Assembly (NCBI GenBank): GCA_016867815.1
Contig: VGIR01000005.1
Span: 779-64,778, forward strand
Direction: 5' to 3'
Length of the DNA: 64,000 bases
Origin: a candidate division WOR-3 bacterium
GTDB taxonomy: Bacteria; Hydrothermota; Tepidihabitantia; Tepidihabitantales; Tepidihabitantaceae
Below, one piece after another: positions 36,805-46,865 of the stretch (position 1 is the stretch's first letter; each line of letters begins with the position of its first letter). Made by a program: the position numbers and the translations under genes. Under the pieces are notes generated by a model. That model saw only the letters and a program-made list of their open reading frames with translations. It had not been told where the DNA came from and did no database searches.

Positions 36805-39411
36805 ATGCTGCGGAAATCCCTGTTCCTGATTATCGCGGTCGGGCTCTCTTTGTGCCTGGCCGGTGAATTCCTCGCCCTCGTTCCGAACACGGCCCCGGAC
36901 GACCTCGCCGGGCAATACACCGTCGTCGGCGTCACCGGCCGCGGCACGCTGGTGCTGGGGGACGAATCCGAGCTCGCCGACCTCTTCGCGCGCGACGGGT
37001 CCTGGCTCGCCGCTGACCCGAAGGACCACCTGTACTTCACCGTTCGCCTGTTCGCCCAGGCTTCGCGCACCGACCTGGCGGCGGTTTCCCGCATCCTTGA
37101 CTTCGACGGCGAGCAGTACCTGGTCGAAGTCGAGTCCGATGCCGTCGAGCGCTTCATCGCCGTGCCGGCAATGCGCGGCCGCATCAGCCTGAACGGCTGG
37201 GTCATGGACCGCCCGACACCGAAGCTACCTGTTGTTCTCTCCAACCCGTCGGTCGAGCAGATCGTGGCGCGCGTCTCGTCCGACTCGGTGCTCGCATTCG
37301 TACGCCGGCTGCAACAGTACCGCAACCGCTACTCGACCGGTGACTCCTGCAAAGCCGCCGCCCAGTGGATTGCGGCGACGTTCCGGGCTTACGGCTGCGA
37401 CACGGTCATCCTGCAGAACCATACTACCAACCACGCGCCCAACGTCGTCGGGGTCCGCTACGGCACTTCAGGACAACGTAGTCCGTATGCAATCATCGAC
37501 GGCCACTTCGATGCCTACGCCGCGTCGAACGCGCCCGGCGCGGACGACAACGCCTCGGGCACGGTGTCCGCAATCGAGGCCTGCCGGGTAACACAGGGCT
37601 TCCAGTTTCGGCACGACCTCAGGTTCATCGCTTTCTCGGGCGAGGAGTTCGGCCTGCTCGGCAGCGAGTACTACGCCGGGCGGGCGCGCAGCCAGGGAGA
37701 CTCGATTCTCGGCGTGCTGAACTTCGATATGATCGCCTACGAAGACAGCGCTCCCGAGGACCTCGAGGTGATAGGGAAGATCGCCAGCCCGGCCTGCGGG
37801 CCGTTCGTTGACTGGTTCATCGCGGTCGCCGACACCTACACGAGCCTGCCCTGCAGCAAAGAGATGGTCTCCGACATGCAGAGCTCCGACCAGGGGCCGT
37901 TCTGGAACAACGGCTACCTGGGATTCTGCGGCATCGAAGACTATTGGCCCGGCAACCCGTACTACCACACACCCGGCGACTCGATTGGCGCCGGGTACAA
38001 CAACAACAACTTCTGCACCGAAGTCATCCGGGCCGGCGTCGCTGCCCTCGCCACGATGGGCGAGCCGGTGCCGCAGAACGTGCCCTCGGTCGGCCTGCTG
38101 CACAAGCTGCTCGACGACTCTGCGGGCAACGACAACGGCAAGTGGGACGCGGGCGAATCGGTCGCCGTCTTTCTGACGCTGAAGAACTTCGGTATGGCCG
38201 GTGCCACCGGTGTGAGCGCTGCGGTCAGCTCCACCGATCCGTATGTCACGCTCTACAACGTGGACGCGGCCTACGGCGACATCGCCGGGCTGGACACAGC
38301 GGTCAACGCGGTGCCCTTCACGATGAAAGCCGCCCCCAACACTCCCCGCGAGCACGTGGCCGACTTCGACCTGACGATCTCCTCTGCCGAGTCGAGTTGG
38401 CAGACGACCTTCTCCTTCCCCATCGGCGAGTACCTGAACACGGACCCGATACCGGACGGGCCGCGCGTGCCCGCGCGCTACTGGGCCTACGACGACGTCG
38501 ATACGCTCTATCCCGAGCACCCGAACTACGAGTGGGTCGAAGTAAACGCGCAGGGTACGAGGCTCACATTCTCGGACAACGACGACGTCGTCCCGGTCAG
38601 CCTGCCGGCAGCATTCGGCCCGTTCCGGTACTACGGCCGGAGTTACAGCCAGATATCGGTATCTGCCGACGGCTGGATTGCGGCCGGAAACTACACCACG
38701 TCCAACTTCGACAACACCATCCTGCCCAGCACCTCGGCCCCGCGCGCCACGGTCTTCGCCAACTGGGACGACCTCTACCCGGTGTCGGGCAGCGGAGGAG
38801 CCGGCTACGTGTACTGGTTCCACGACTCGGCCAATCACCGCTTCATCGTTGAGTACGACAGCGTCAAGTACTACTCGGGCTCGAACCGAGACAAGTTCGA
38901 GGTCATCTTCTACGACACCACGGTTACGACTCCGACCGGCGACAACGTCATCGTCGCGCAATACAAGACCGCGGCCGGGTTCACGAGTTCCACAGTCGGT
39001 ATCCAGGACTCGACCCGGGCCATCGCGATCCAGGACCTTTTCAACGGCACGCTGGCCCACGGAGCATCGCCGATTGTCCCCGGCCGGGCCATCAAGTACA
39101 CGACGGCCCCCGGCACCGGGGTCGCCGAGCCGACCCGCCGCCTCACGCCGGACGCCTTTCACCTCACGCTCGACAGGAACCCGGTATGCGGGAGCGCACA
39201 AGTCCGGTTCAGCTTGCGTCAGGCGTCAAGCGTCAGGCTTGAGGCCTTTGACCGGACCGGCAGAAAGCTCACGACCCTGGTTTCCAGTTTCGCATCCGCC
39301 GGCTCGCACGCAACGACCTGGGACACCCGTGAAGTCCCGACCGGCATCTACTTCCTCCGGCTGACCGCTGCAGGCGGACAACGTTCGCTCAAAGTGGTAG
39401 TCGGCCGCTAG
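36805..39411 (+). CDS. Secreted M28 metallopeptidase with extra beta domains and T9SS-CTD-like C-terminus (long paralog)
   Basis: Signal peptide; IDGHFD, PGADDNASG, FSGEEFGLLGS, NFDMIAY, YYHTPGDS. Confidence 0.92.
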   Translation: MLRKSLFLIIAVGLSLCLAGEFLALVPNTAPDDLAGQYTVVGVTGRGTLVLGDESELADLFARDGSWLAADPKDHLYFTVRLFAQASRTDLAAVSRILDFDGEQYLVEVESDAVERFIAVPAMRGRISLNGWVMDRPTPKLPVVLSNPSVEQIVARVSSDSVLAFVRRLQQYRNRYSTGDSCKAAAQWIAATFRAYGCDTVILQNHTTNHAPNVVGVRYGTSGQRSPYAIIDGHFDAYAASNAPGADDNASGTVSAIEACRVTQGFQFRHDLRFIAFSGEEFGLLGSEYYAGRARSQGDSILGVLNFDMIAYEDSAPEDLEVIGKIASPACGPFVDWFIAVADTYTSLPCSKEMVSDMQSSDQGPFWNNGYLGFCGIEDYWPGNPYYHTPGDSIGAGYNNNNFCTEVIRAGVAALATMGEPVPQNVPSVGLLHKLLDDSAGNDNGKWDAGESVAVFLTLKNFGMAGATGVSAAVSSTDPYVTLYNVDAAYGDIAGLDTAVNAVPFTMKAAPNTPREHVADFDLTISSAESSWQTTFSFPIGEYLNTDPIPDGPRVPARYWAYDDVDTLYPEHPNYEWVEVNAQGTRLTFSDNDDVVPVSLPAAFGPFRYYGRSYSQISVSADGWIAAGNYTTSNFDNTILPSTSAPRATVFANWDDLYPVSGSGGAGYVYWFHDSANHRFIVEYDSVKYYSGSNRDKFEVIFYDTTVTTPTGDNVIVAQYKTAAGFTSSTVGIQDSTRAIAIQDLFNGTLAHGASPIVPGRAIKYTTAPGTGVAEPTRRLTPDAFHLTLDRNPVCGSAQVRFSLRQASSVRLEAFDRTGRKLTTLVSSFASAGSHATTWDTREVPTGIYFLRLTAAGGQRSLKVVVGR

Positions 39412-39425
39412 ACCGAGCCAAGCAC

Positions 39426-39453
39426 AGCGGGCGGGCGCAAGCGCCCGCCCGCT
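39426..39453. terminator. GC-rich hairpin between the convergent M28 and beta-barrel genes
   Basis: agcgggcgggcgc-aa-gcgcccgcccgct. Confidence 0.65.
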
Positions 39454-39528
39454 ACATCTTTACGGGACCGTCAGACGTCAAGAACCGGAGGAAAGGAAGA
39501 GGCAGCCGCCCGGTTGCGTCTAACCCTT

Positions 39529-40410
39529 TCAGTTTCTGCCGAACAGATTCTCGAACTGCCAGCCCACGTCAATCGCCAGGCGGCCGAACCTCTCCTCTCC
39601 GGAGTGAATCAGCCCCTCCAGCTTGCATACCGATACCTGTACGCTGACGGGACCATAGAATCCCTTGATCCCGGCGTTCGCGTCACGGCTGTTCGCTTCG
39701 ACACACAGGGCAATCTCAGGCGTGACGTACAACTCGAAGCCACCGAACAGCCCGAAAGTCCACTGGTGGTAGTCGTCAAAGAAGACGTCCGTATTCAGGT
39801 AGTCGTTGATGCCATCGTATCCGACAAACCGCCCGCGGCCGAGTCCCACGCTGACGCGGGCGGAACCGGTAATCGGAATGCTCGTCACGACGAACGCGGA
39901 GAGGTTTTCAAGCGGCCGGATGTACTTGCTGCCGTCATTGGAGTAGTACTGCCAGTCCGACCAGGCGACGGTGTCGCGCCCGATCGGAGAGACGTGGCCG
40001 TGGGTGCCGACATCGTAGACACCGAATGCGAGCGACAAGTGCTGGGCCGTTTCAACGGCCTGCCTCGTTTTCCAGGGGTCAAGTACATGGAACAGCTTGA
40101 GCAGACCGACCCGGTCGAACCGGCCGCTGACCAGCTGATAGGTCAGCCCCAGGACGTAGTCTCGTGGAGTGTAGGCGGTGAGGGCGACCTCCAGGCCTTT
40201 CAACGGCGCCACCCGCACGCTGCTGCCCCCTTCCCATCCGGGGTCCCGCGGTGAATCCACCAGCGAGAATGTCACGTTCGGGGCGATGGCGAGCGCGCCG
40301 GCCGGCATCACGTCCGCGGTCGGCGTATCCATCAGCAGCGTTGTACGATTGAAGTCGGCCCATGCCGGCGCGATTAGCGCCAGGAGCACGGCTGCGAGTA
40401 CGGGCTTCAC
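39529..40410 (-). CDS. Putative outer-membrane beta-barrel protein, YjbH-domain-like
   Basis: GTG 40410 with signal peptide MKPVLAAVLLALIAPAWA; MDTPTADV motif; alternating aromatic strands; C-terminal VGWQF. This is the 3' part of track ORF 39529..41361. Confidence 0.7.
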   Translation of the reverse strand: MKPVLAAVLLALIAPAWADFNRTTLLMDTPTADVMPAGALAIAPNVTFSLVDSPRDPGWEGGSSVRVAPLKGLEVALTAYTPRDYVLGLTYQLVSGRFDRVGLLKLFHVLDPWKTRQAVETAQHLSLAFGVYDVGTHGHVSPIGRDTVAWSDWQYYSNDGSKYIRPLENLSAFVVTSIPITGSARVSVGLGRGRFVGYDGINDYLNTDVFFDDYHQWTFGLFGGFELYVTPEIALCVEANSRDANAGIKGFYGPVSVQVSVCKLEGLIHSGEERFGRLAIDVGWQFENLFGRN

Positions 40411-40491
40411 AGGAGATGGCTTTGTCAACACTCTCGTCCCCAGAGTATAGCCGCGCCTCTGCGGCGCGCAAGCCAGGGAAGGGACCTCAAC

Positions 40492-40520
40492 TTGACACGC
40501 CGTCGGTGTCCAACTAGACT
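40492..40520 (+). promoter_or_regulatory. Sigma70-like promoter TTGACA-N17-TAGACT
   Basis: Upstream of the short M28 paralog. Confidence 0.55.
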
Positions 40521-40659
40521 GCTCCTCAAAGGAACGCCACTTGCGAAGAACTCTCGCAGTTGCGGCACCTGCGGCAGCGATTGCCTGCAGGATGACCCGG
40601 CTGCGGCTGAAGATCGCTGACCCGCCGTCCTTCTCATATGCAGAATCGCCTGGAGGGCT

Positions 40660-42222
40660 GTGCTGCGGAAGTCGTTTCTGCTGATCGTCACCGTCGCGGC
40701 TTCTCTGGCCGGGGCCGCTGAGTTCCTCGGACTGGTGCCGAACTCGACTCCGGAAGACCTGGCCGGCCGCTACACCATCGTCGGCGTCACCAGCCACGGC
40801 GTGCTGATCCTGTCCGGCGAAGCCGCCGACGGCGACTTCGCGGCGCTGCACGGGCGGCTCCTGGCCGAAAACCCGAAGGCACACCGCTACCACACCGTGC
40901 GCCTGCTCGCTGATTCGTCCCGCGCCGACCTTGCCGCGGTCTCCCGCATCCTCGACTTCGACGGCGAGCAGTACCTTGTCGAGGTCGATCCCGACGCGAT
41001 CGAGAGCTTCCTTGCCGTGCCGGCGATGCGCGGCCGAATCAGCCTGGACGGCTGGGTAATGGGCACGCCCGCACCCGAGCTGCCTCGCGTCCTGTCCAAT
41101 CCGACAATTGAACGGATCGTGGCGCGGGTCTCCCCGGACTCGGTGCTCGCGTTCGTGCAGCGGCTCCAGGATTTCGGCAACCGCTATGCGCTCGGAGAAT
41201 CGGGCAAGGCAGCTGCCCGGTGGATTGCCGGGAGGTTTCGAGACTGGGGATGCGACACGGTCATCCTCCAGGACCACGATGCGGACTACGCGCCCAACGT
41301 CGTCGGCGTCCGCTACGGCTCTGACGGCCGGCGCCAGACCTACGCGGTCATCGACGGTCACTTCGACGGCATCCCCTGGTCGCCCGGCGCCGACGACAAC
41401 GCCTCGGGCGCGGTCTCAGCAATCGAGGCTTGCCGCGTGACACAGGGCTTCCAGTTCCGTCGCGACCTCCGCTTCATCGCCTTCTCCGCCGAAGAACTGG
41501 GATTGGGTAGCCCCTACTATGCCGGCCAGGCGCGGAACCGGGGCGACTCTATCCTCGGCGTCCTCAACTTCGACATGATTGGCTACGCGGACTCCGTGCC
41601 CGAGGACCTCGAGGTCATCGGCAAGATCGCGAACCCGGCCTGCGAACCGCTGTGCGACTTGTTCATGGCAGCCGCCGACACGTACACCACACTCAACTGC
41701 AACAAACGGATGATGACGGACATGCCGTATTCGGATCATGCTTCGTTCTGGAACAACGGCTACGTGGCGCTCTGCGGCAGCGAGGACTTCTGGCCACCGA
41801 ACCCGTACTATCACTCACCCGGCGACTCGATTGGCGCCGGGTACAACGACAACGGCTTCTGCACCGAAGTCATCCGGGCCGGCGTCGCGGCCCTGGCGAC
41901 TCTGGGTGAGCCCTTGCCGGCGGGCGTGTCGTCATCCGCGCCCTTCGACCTCTTGTCCGGCAGCACTTATGGGCTCGTTCTCCAGCCGAACCCGGTACGC
42001 GGGACCGCACAAGTTCGATTCAGCTTGCGTCAGGCGTCAAGCGTCAAGCTGGAAGCTTATGACCGCTCCGGACGAGGACTGGCGACATTGGCTTCCGGCT
42101 CAGCTTCCGCCGGCGCGCACTCCGCGACCTGGGACACCCGTGACGTCCCGACCGGCATCTACTTTCTCCGGCTGACCGCTGCAGGCGGACAACGTTCGCT
42201 CAAGGTGGTAGTCGGCCGCTAG
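40660..42222 (+). CDS. Secreted M28 metallopeptidase with T9SS-CTD-like C-terminus (short paralog)
   Basis: IDGHFD, PGADDNASG, FSAEELGL, NFDMIGY, SDHASFW, YYHSPGDS; lacks the central domains of the long paralog. Confidence 0.9.
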   Translation: MLRKSFLLIVTVAASLAGAAEFLGLVPNSTPEDLAGRYTIVGVTSHGVLILSGEAADGDFAALHGRLLAENPKAHRYHTVRLLADSSRADLAAVSRILDFDGEQYLVEVDPDAIESFLAVPAMRGRISLDGWVMGTPAPELPRVLSNPTIERIVARVSPDSVLAFVQRLQDFGNRYALGESGKAAARWIAGRFRDWGCDTVILQDHDADYAPNVVGVRYGSDGRRQTYAVIDGHFDGIPWSPGADDNASGAVSAIEACRVTQGFQFRRDLRFIAFSAEELGLGSPYYAGQARNRGDSILGVLNFDMIGYADSVPEDLEVIGKIANPACEPLCDLFMAAADTYTTLNCNKRMMTDMPYSDHASFWNNGYVALCGSEDFWPPNPYYHSPGDSIGAGYNDNGFCTEVIRAGVAALATLGEPLPAGVSSSAPFDLLSGSTYGLVLQPNPVRGTAQVRFSLRQASSVKLEAYDRSGRGLATLASGSASAGAHSATWDTRDVPTGIYFLRLTAAGGQRSLKVVVGR

Positions 42223-42350
42223 ACCGAGCCGAACACAGGATGCGGGCGCAAGCGTCCGCCCGCTACTCTTCCGCGGAACAGGACATCCCCAGTCCGCGTG
42301 AACAACGGTCTGTCCATCGCGATCGCAGAGCGCAAACGCCGTCCGCTGCA

Positions 42351-42379
42351 TTGACTCGCGGGCAGGACCCCGCTAGACT
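42351..42379 (+). promoter_or_regulatory. Sigma70-like promoter TTGACT-N17-TAGACT
   Basis: Ends 9 bp before ATG 42389, so the transcript would be leaderless or nearly so. Confidence 0.55.
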
Positions 42380-42388
42380 GCCTCCCAA

Positions 42389-43033
42389 ATGAACTCACCC
42401 GTGAGAGGAATGTTCATCGTCGCAGCGACTGCAGCCGCAGTTCTGACCGGGATGAACTGCGATCCGAATGCCGGCTCCGTCTTCCCGCTGACACTCGGCA
42501 GCACCTGGAATACTGAATCCCGCAGTCTTGGGGGGCCATCCGGCGGCGTCCTGGATACGTCTCAGACGGCAGTGACCACGACCACTGCTCTGGAGAAAGC
42601 CGTCTTAACCAACGGCAAGGAGGTCGTGAGGTTCAGACACGAAAGCGCGGTCCACGAGTTCGATCCCGATTCCAGCTACTCTAGCACCACGGAGACGCTC
42701 CTGCGCGAAGAGAACGAGGTAATCATGGTGTACGCCGCGCTGGACGATACCACTGGTGATACCCTGATGTTGCTCAATCCCGCGGTCGGTCAGAACTGGG
42801 GCCAGGGCACCGCGACTGCCATCGTCATCGGCCAGGAGACCGTAACCGTTCCCGCCGGGACCTACAAGAAGGCGTGGAAGGTGAAAACCGTCGCCAACCT
42901 GGGGGTGATGACTGTCGAAGTCCACACCTGGTATGCCAGGGGTGTCGGCAACGTGAAGATGCACAGCGAAGCCGAGTTCATGGGATCCGTCGAGGTCATC
43001 GACGAGGAACTAACCTCGGCCACCATCAAGTAG
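42389..43033 (+). CDS. Hypothetical exported or lipoprotein, beta-rich
   Basis: Hydrophobic leader ending LTGMNC; FPLTLGSTW and TVPAGTY...WYARGVG motifs typical of such exported proteins. Confidence 0.75.
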   Translation: MNSPVRGMFIVAATAAAVLTGMNCDPNAGSVFPLTLGSTWNTESRSLGGPSGGVLDTSQTAVTTTTALEKAVLTNGKEVVRFRHESAVHEFDPDSSYSSTTETLLREENEVIMVYAALDDTTGDTLMLLNPAVGQNWGQGTATAIVIGQETVTVPAGTYKKAWKVKTVANLGVMTVEVHTWYARGVGNVKMHSEAEFMGSVEVIDEELTSATIK

Positions 43034-43100
43034 CCGCTCGCCCGTTCCGCTTTCGATGCCCTCCTCCGTGGAGGGCATCGCTGTTCTACGGCTGCGGGCC

Positions 43101-44441
43101 TTAGAAGACCGAAAGTTGGCTGGACTTGTAGTACTTGGCGGCGCGGCCCCAACCGCGGAGCACGAGCCGCTTCTTCCTGACCAGGCCGGACAGCACGTAC
43201 CCGGCCTGGGCCGGGCTTACCCGCAGCAGCGTGCGGACGATCTCGTTGGTGACGAACCGTTTCTCCTCGGGGCCGGGAAGCTCCTCGATGTAGCCCAGTA
43301 TCGCGGTCTCGGCAAACGCGGCCTCGGCCCGACGGAAGAGTGAGTAGCTCACGCTCTTCTTGAGCTGGTTGTACACCGCCTTGGACAGACGATAGACCCT
43401 GCCCTTCTTCTGGCCGAACGGCTCCAGAAGCCCGCGCAGCACCATCGAACTCAGTGTCTCACGCGCCTCGTTCTCGCTCCGCTGGAGTATCCGCTCCGCC
43501 TCGGACAGGTCGATCTCTCGGTTCCGCTTGAGGAAGGAGAAGACGAGCAGGTCGTGCAGTGTCAGTTCGCGCCCCTCCTGGTGCCGGTTGACAACAAACC
43601 GGGCGAAGTTCTCGTCGAAACCGGACTCGTCGCGGTTGCCCGGCGCAGCCTCGACCCGGCCGTTGCGCAGGATGAGCCGGACATAATCAGGTCCTGACTC
43701 GTAGCTGGGCGGCTCCTTCCCGTACGATAGCAGGATGTGAAACATGCGCTTCACTCCCATGCCGGCGCGCTCGACCATCCTGGTCTTCTGCAGGCTCTCG
43801 GCCAGCAGCCGGTTGCGCGACGCCGGTTCGTGCCCGAGTATGTTCTGCGGGTTGACGTCGCCGAAGAACCCACCCGGGTTTGAAATCTCGAGCCGGTCCG
43901 GGAAGTGACGCACGTAGATGGGCCCGCTCACACTATAGTCACGGTGGACGAACGCGTTCAGGAGCGCCTCGCGGCAGACTTCCTCCGGGAAGTCGGGGAT
44001 CTCGAAGTGAAACAGCCCGAGCTTCAGGGTATAGATGCGGTTGTGTGGTTCGAGCGCCTGCGTGAATTGCTCGAGTATCGCGAGCAGAGGTCTGGCCGAG
44101 TCGACCCGCTTGTCGTACTCGGTGTCGCTCTTCATGTGCAGGTAGATGGCCTCGTGCCCGGGCAGTTGCTGTTTGAGCACGTCCTCCTTGCCAACGAGCA
44201 GGAGCCCGGCCACCGTCAGCCGCAGCACTCCCGACCCCCCACTCCCGACTCCCTCTGCCCTCACCAGCACTCCAAGCCGCTCCAGCAGCTCGTCGTTTGA
44301 GAACCCGAGCAGGGACGAAGCCGGCTCCTTGGCTGCGAGGATGCGACGGAGCCGCTCGACCTCCAGGCCGTCCACGCCTTCCGGCCCAAGATCGAGGATT
44401 CGTGCAGAGAAGTCGGGGTTGGGCTCGAGCATCGCCGTCAT
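43101..44441 (-). CDS. ATP-binding/RecG-C-like protein (HATPase_c_4 plus winged helices), apparently lacking its N-terminal AlbA_2 domain
   Basis: REALLNAFVHRDY, RLEISNPGGF, SRNRLLA, VERAGMGV; begins near the PDFSA linker motif. Confidence 0.75.
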   Translation of the reverse strand: MTAMLEPNPDFSARILDLGPEGVDGLEVERLRRILAAKEPASSLLGFSNDELLERLGVLVRAEGVGSGGSGVLRLTVAGLLLVGKEDVLKQQLPGHEAIYLHMKSDTEYDKRVDSARPLLAILEQFTQALEPHNRIYTLKLGLFHFEIPDFPEEVCREALLNAFVHRDYSVSGPIYVRHFPDRLEISNPGGFFGDVNPQNILGHEPASRNRLLAESLQKTRMVERAGMGVKRMFHILLSYGKEPPSYESGPDYVRLILRNGRVEAAPGNRDESGFDENFARFVVNRHQEGRELTLHDLLVFSFLKRNREIDLSEAERILQRSENEARETLSSMVLRGLLEPFGQKKGRVYRLSKAVYNQLKKSVSYSLFRRAEAAFAETAILGYIEELPGPEEKRFVTNEIVRTLLRVSPAQAGYVLSGLVRKKRLVLRGWGRAAKYYKSSQLSVF

Positions 44442-44548
44442 CTTAGCCCGGGTGGCTCCCCAGTCAAGCGTCTGCAGCCCGGCTGACTCCCGTTCCCCGC
44501 TAGACCACTTCTCCGGCCCGCTGTAGAATCTCCTCCGCTCAGACACGC

Positions 44549-45418
44549 ATGCGCTACATAGGCAACATCTTCCGCCCGCCCTCTGAAGCCGATTCCCTGC
44601 TCCTGCAGGCGACCATCGGCTGTTCGCACAATCGCTGCACGTTCTGCGCGATGTATCGGGACAAGCAGTTCCGCGTGCGCGCGATTGAAGACGTACTGGA
44701 AGATATCGAGGCAGCGCGCGCGTACTACGGCCCCGAGGTCAGGCGTGTGTTCCTCTGCGACGGCAACGCACTCATCCTGCCGACGCCGCATTTGCTCAAG
44801 ATCCTTGCCACCCTCGAGCAAACGTTCCCTGACCTGCAGCGCGTCGGAGTGTATGCCAACGCTCGCGACCTTGTCTCGAAGTCGGTCGCGGAGCTGCAGG
44901 AAATGGTGGCGCACCGGCTTGCCATTTTCTATCTCGGGCTCGAGTCCGGCTCGGATGAGATACTCAAGCAGATTGACAAGGAGGCTGCTGCCGACGAGAT
45001 GATCGCCGCCGTCCGGCACGGTATGTCGGCCGGGATGAAGTCATCGGTCATCTTCCTGCTCGGACTGGGCGGCAGGAAACTCTGGCGCGAGAACGCTATC
45101 GAGTCAGCCCGGGCCGTATCGCAGATGAACCCGAACTACCTGTCAGCCCTGACCGTGACGGTGGTTCCCGGCACCCCGCTTGCCCGGCAGCTCAAGTCCG
45201 GGGAGTTCGAACTGCCCGAGCCGCACGAATTCGCGGCCGAGCTCAGACTGTTCCTCGAACAGGTTGACGTGAAGGCAACCGTCTTCCGCTCCAACCACGC
45301 CTCCAACTACGTACCGCTTGAGGGCCGCCTGCCAAAGGACAAAGAACGCATGGTCGCCGAACTGACCGAGGCAATCAAACACCACCGCTTCAAGCCTGAA
45401 TACCTGCGCGGCCTCTAG
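44549..45418 (+). CDS. Radical SAM protein of unknown function
   Basis: RPPSEA...QATIGCSHNRCTFC (CxxxCxxC), YLGLESG, FRSNHASNY. Confidence 0.9.
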   Translation: MRYIGNIFRPPSEADSLLLQATIGCSHNRCTFCAMYRDKQFRVRAIEDVLEDIEAARAYYGPEVRRVFLCDGNALILPTPHLLKILATLEQTFPDLQRVGVYANARDLVSKSVAELQEMVAHRLAIFYLGLESGSDEILKQIDKEAAADEMIAAVRHGMSAGMKSSVIFLLGLGGRKLWRENAIESARAVSQMNPNYLSALTVTVVPGTPLARQLKSGEFELPEPHEFAAELRLFLEQVDVKATVFRSNHASNYVPLEGRLPKDKERMVAELTEAIKHHRFKPEYLRGL

Positions 45419-45533
45419 CGACGGGCCAGGCATCCGACCACCAAGACACAAAGACACCAAGTGTGCGGACTGCTGGACACACGTCTGACGACGACCTAGA
45501 ATCTGGGGTCTTCTCCTAACGAAAGGAAGTTTC

Positions 45534-46865
45534 TTGAGAACCGCCATCGTACTAGCTTTCCTTGCCGTAGCGTTGGCATGCCCGGCCCGCGCCGCGATCT
45601 GGCCTGTCGTGCCGCTTGATTCCGTCCACCCGCTCGGCAACAACTGGGGGAACTACCAGGACTACGGCGGCAGCCCGTACTTCCACAACGGCATCGACGT
45701 CATCACACCTGATGTCCAGGGACGCCGAGTTCACGCAGTCCGGCACGGATGGGTGAAGGGCTGGGGCACAATCCAGGCTGAACTCCACTACCGGCTCGCG
45801 ATCTGCGACACCAACTCCGACTTCACCGAGCGGGCCGAGGGTTGGCTCTACGCCCACATCGACCCCTATCGCTGGCACCGCAGCCTCGGCGACGAAGTCC
45901 AGGAAGGCGACTCCATCGGCTACCTGGTAGCGTGGCCGATCGCCTCGACGTTCGACCACCTCCACTTCGCGCGCATCTCCGACACGGGCGCGACCTGGAT
46001 GCGTTTCCCGGACGTTACCTGGTGGTTCATCCAGAATCCTCTCACCATCATCCAGCCCAACACCGATCTGCTCGCACCGGTAATCGAGAACGCTCGTACG
46101 AATCAGAAGTTCGCCTTCTGCCGAAACAACCGGAACAACCGCTACCTTGGCTATGACAGCTTGGTCGGTGAAGTCGACATCATCGCCAAGGTCTATGACA
46201 AGACCGGGTACACGACCGGACAGGACACCTGGGACAAGCTCGCCCCATTCCAGGTCGACTACTCCATCAAGCGGGAGGACGGACTGGTGGTGGTGCCCTG
46301 GACCATCGGCGTCCAGTTCTCGAACCGACTCGACGGCGCGCTCGTTCACGTCGTCTATAAGAACGACAATACCTGCAATACGCAGGGCGACTACGAGTAC
46401 CGGGAGTACTACTATGTCGTCACCAACACCGACGCTGACTCGGTAATCGAGGCATCAGACACGAGCGGCATGTGGAACACCGGGCTCGTGGGCGATACAA
46501 CCTACTGGGTATATGTACGCGCGAGCGACGTCTACGGCAATACGACGCTAGATTCGATGCAGGTCAGGACCCGCAACGGCGTGGCGGTCGCTGAGCCGCC
46601 GTTTGCGGTGCTGTCGCGGCCCCTGCGTGCGGTGCAGACTGCGGCCCGCAGCGGACTGATTAGCTTCGGCACCAGCGGTTCCGGGCTGGCCCGGCTGCGC
46701 GTACTTGACCCGTCCGGCCGCGTCGTGGCGAACCTGATGGATGGCAGGCTCAGCGCGGGAGAACACAGCTTCCCGTACACGCCGCCGGCCAACGGCGTGT
46801 ACATCGTCAAGCTGACGCTCGCCGGCAGGGACGACTACAACACCAAGTTGGTGGTTCTCAGATAG
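45534..46865 (+). CDS. Secreted M23-like metallopeptidase-domain protein with T9SS-CTD-like C-terminus
   Basis: TTG start and signal peptide; HNGID (HxxxD) and HLHF (HxH) Zn motifs; C-terminus NGVYIVKL...TKLVVLR. Confidence 0.75.
   Translation: MRTAIVLAFLAVALACPARAAIWPVVPLDSVHPLGNNWGNYQDYGGSPYFHNGIDVITPDVQGRRVHAVRHGWVKGWGTIQAELHYRLAICDTNSDFTERAEGWLYAHIDPYRWHRSLGDEVQEGDSIGYLVAWPIASTFDHLHFARISDTGATWMRFPDVTWWFIQNPLTIIQPNTDLLAPVIENARTNQKFAFCRNNRNNRYLGYDSLVGEVDIIAKVYDKTGYTTGQDTWDKLAPFQVDYSIKREDGLVVVPWTIGVQFSNRLDGALVHVVYKNDNTCNTQGDYEYREYYYVVTNTDADSVIEASDTSGMWNTGLVGDTTYWVYVRASDVYGNTTLDSMQVRTRNGVAVAEPPFAVLSRPLRAVQTAARSGLISFGTSGSGLARLRVLDPSGRVVANLMDGRLSAGEHSFPYTPPANGVYIVKLTLAGRDDYNTKLVVLR

Noticed and set aside
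37468-41361. ORFs 37468..39201 (-), 39514..40254 (+) and the 5' half of 39529..41361 (-)
   Set aside because: Antisense shadows of the M28 and beta-barrel genes.
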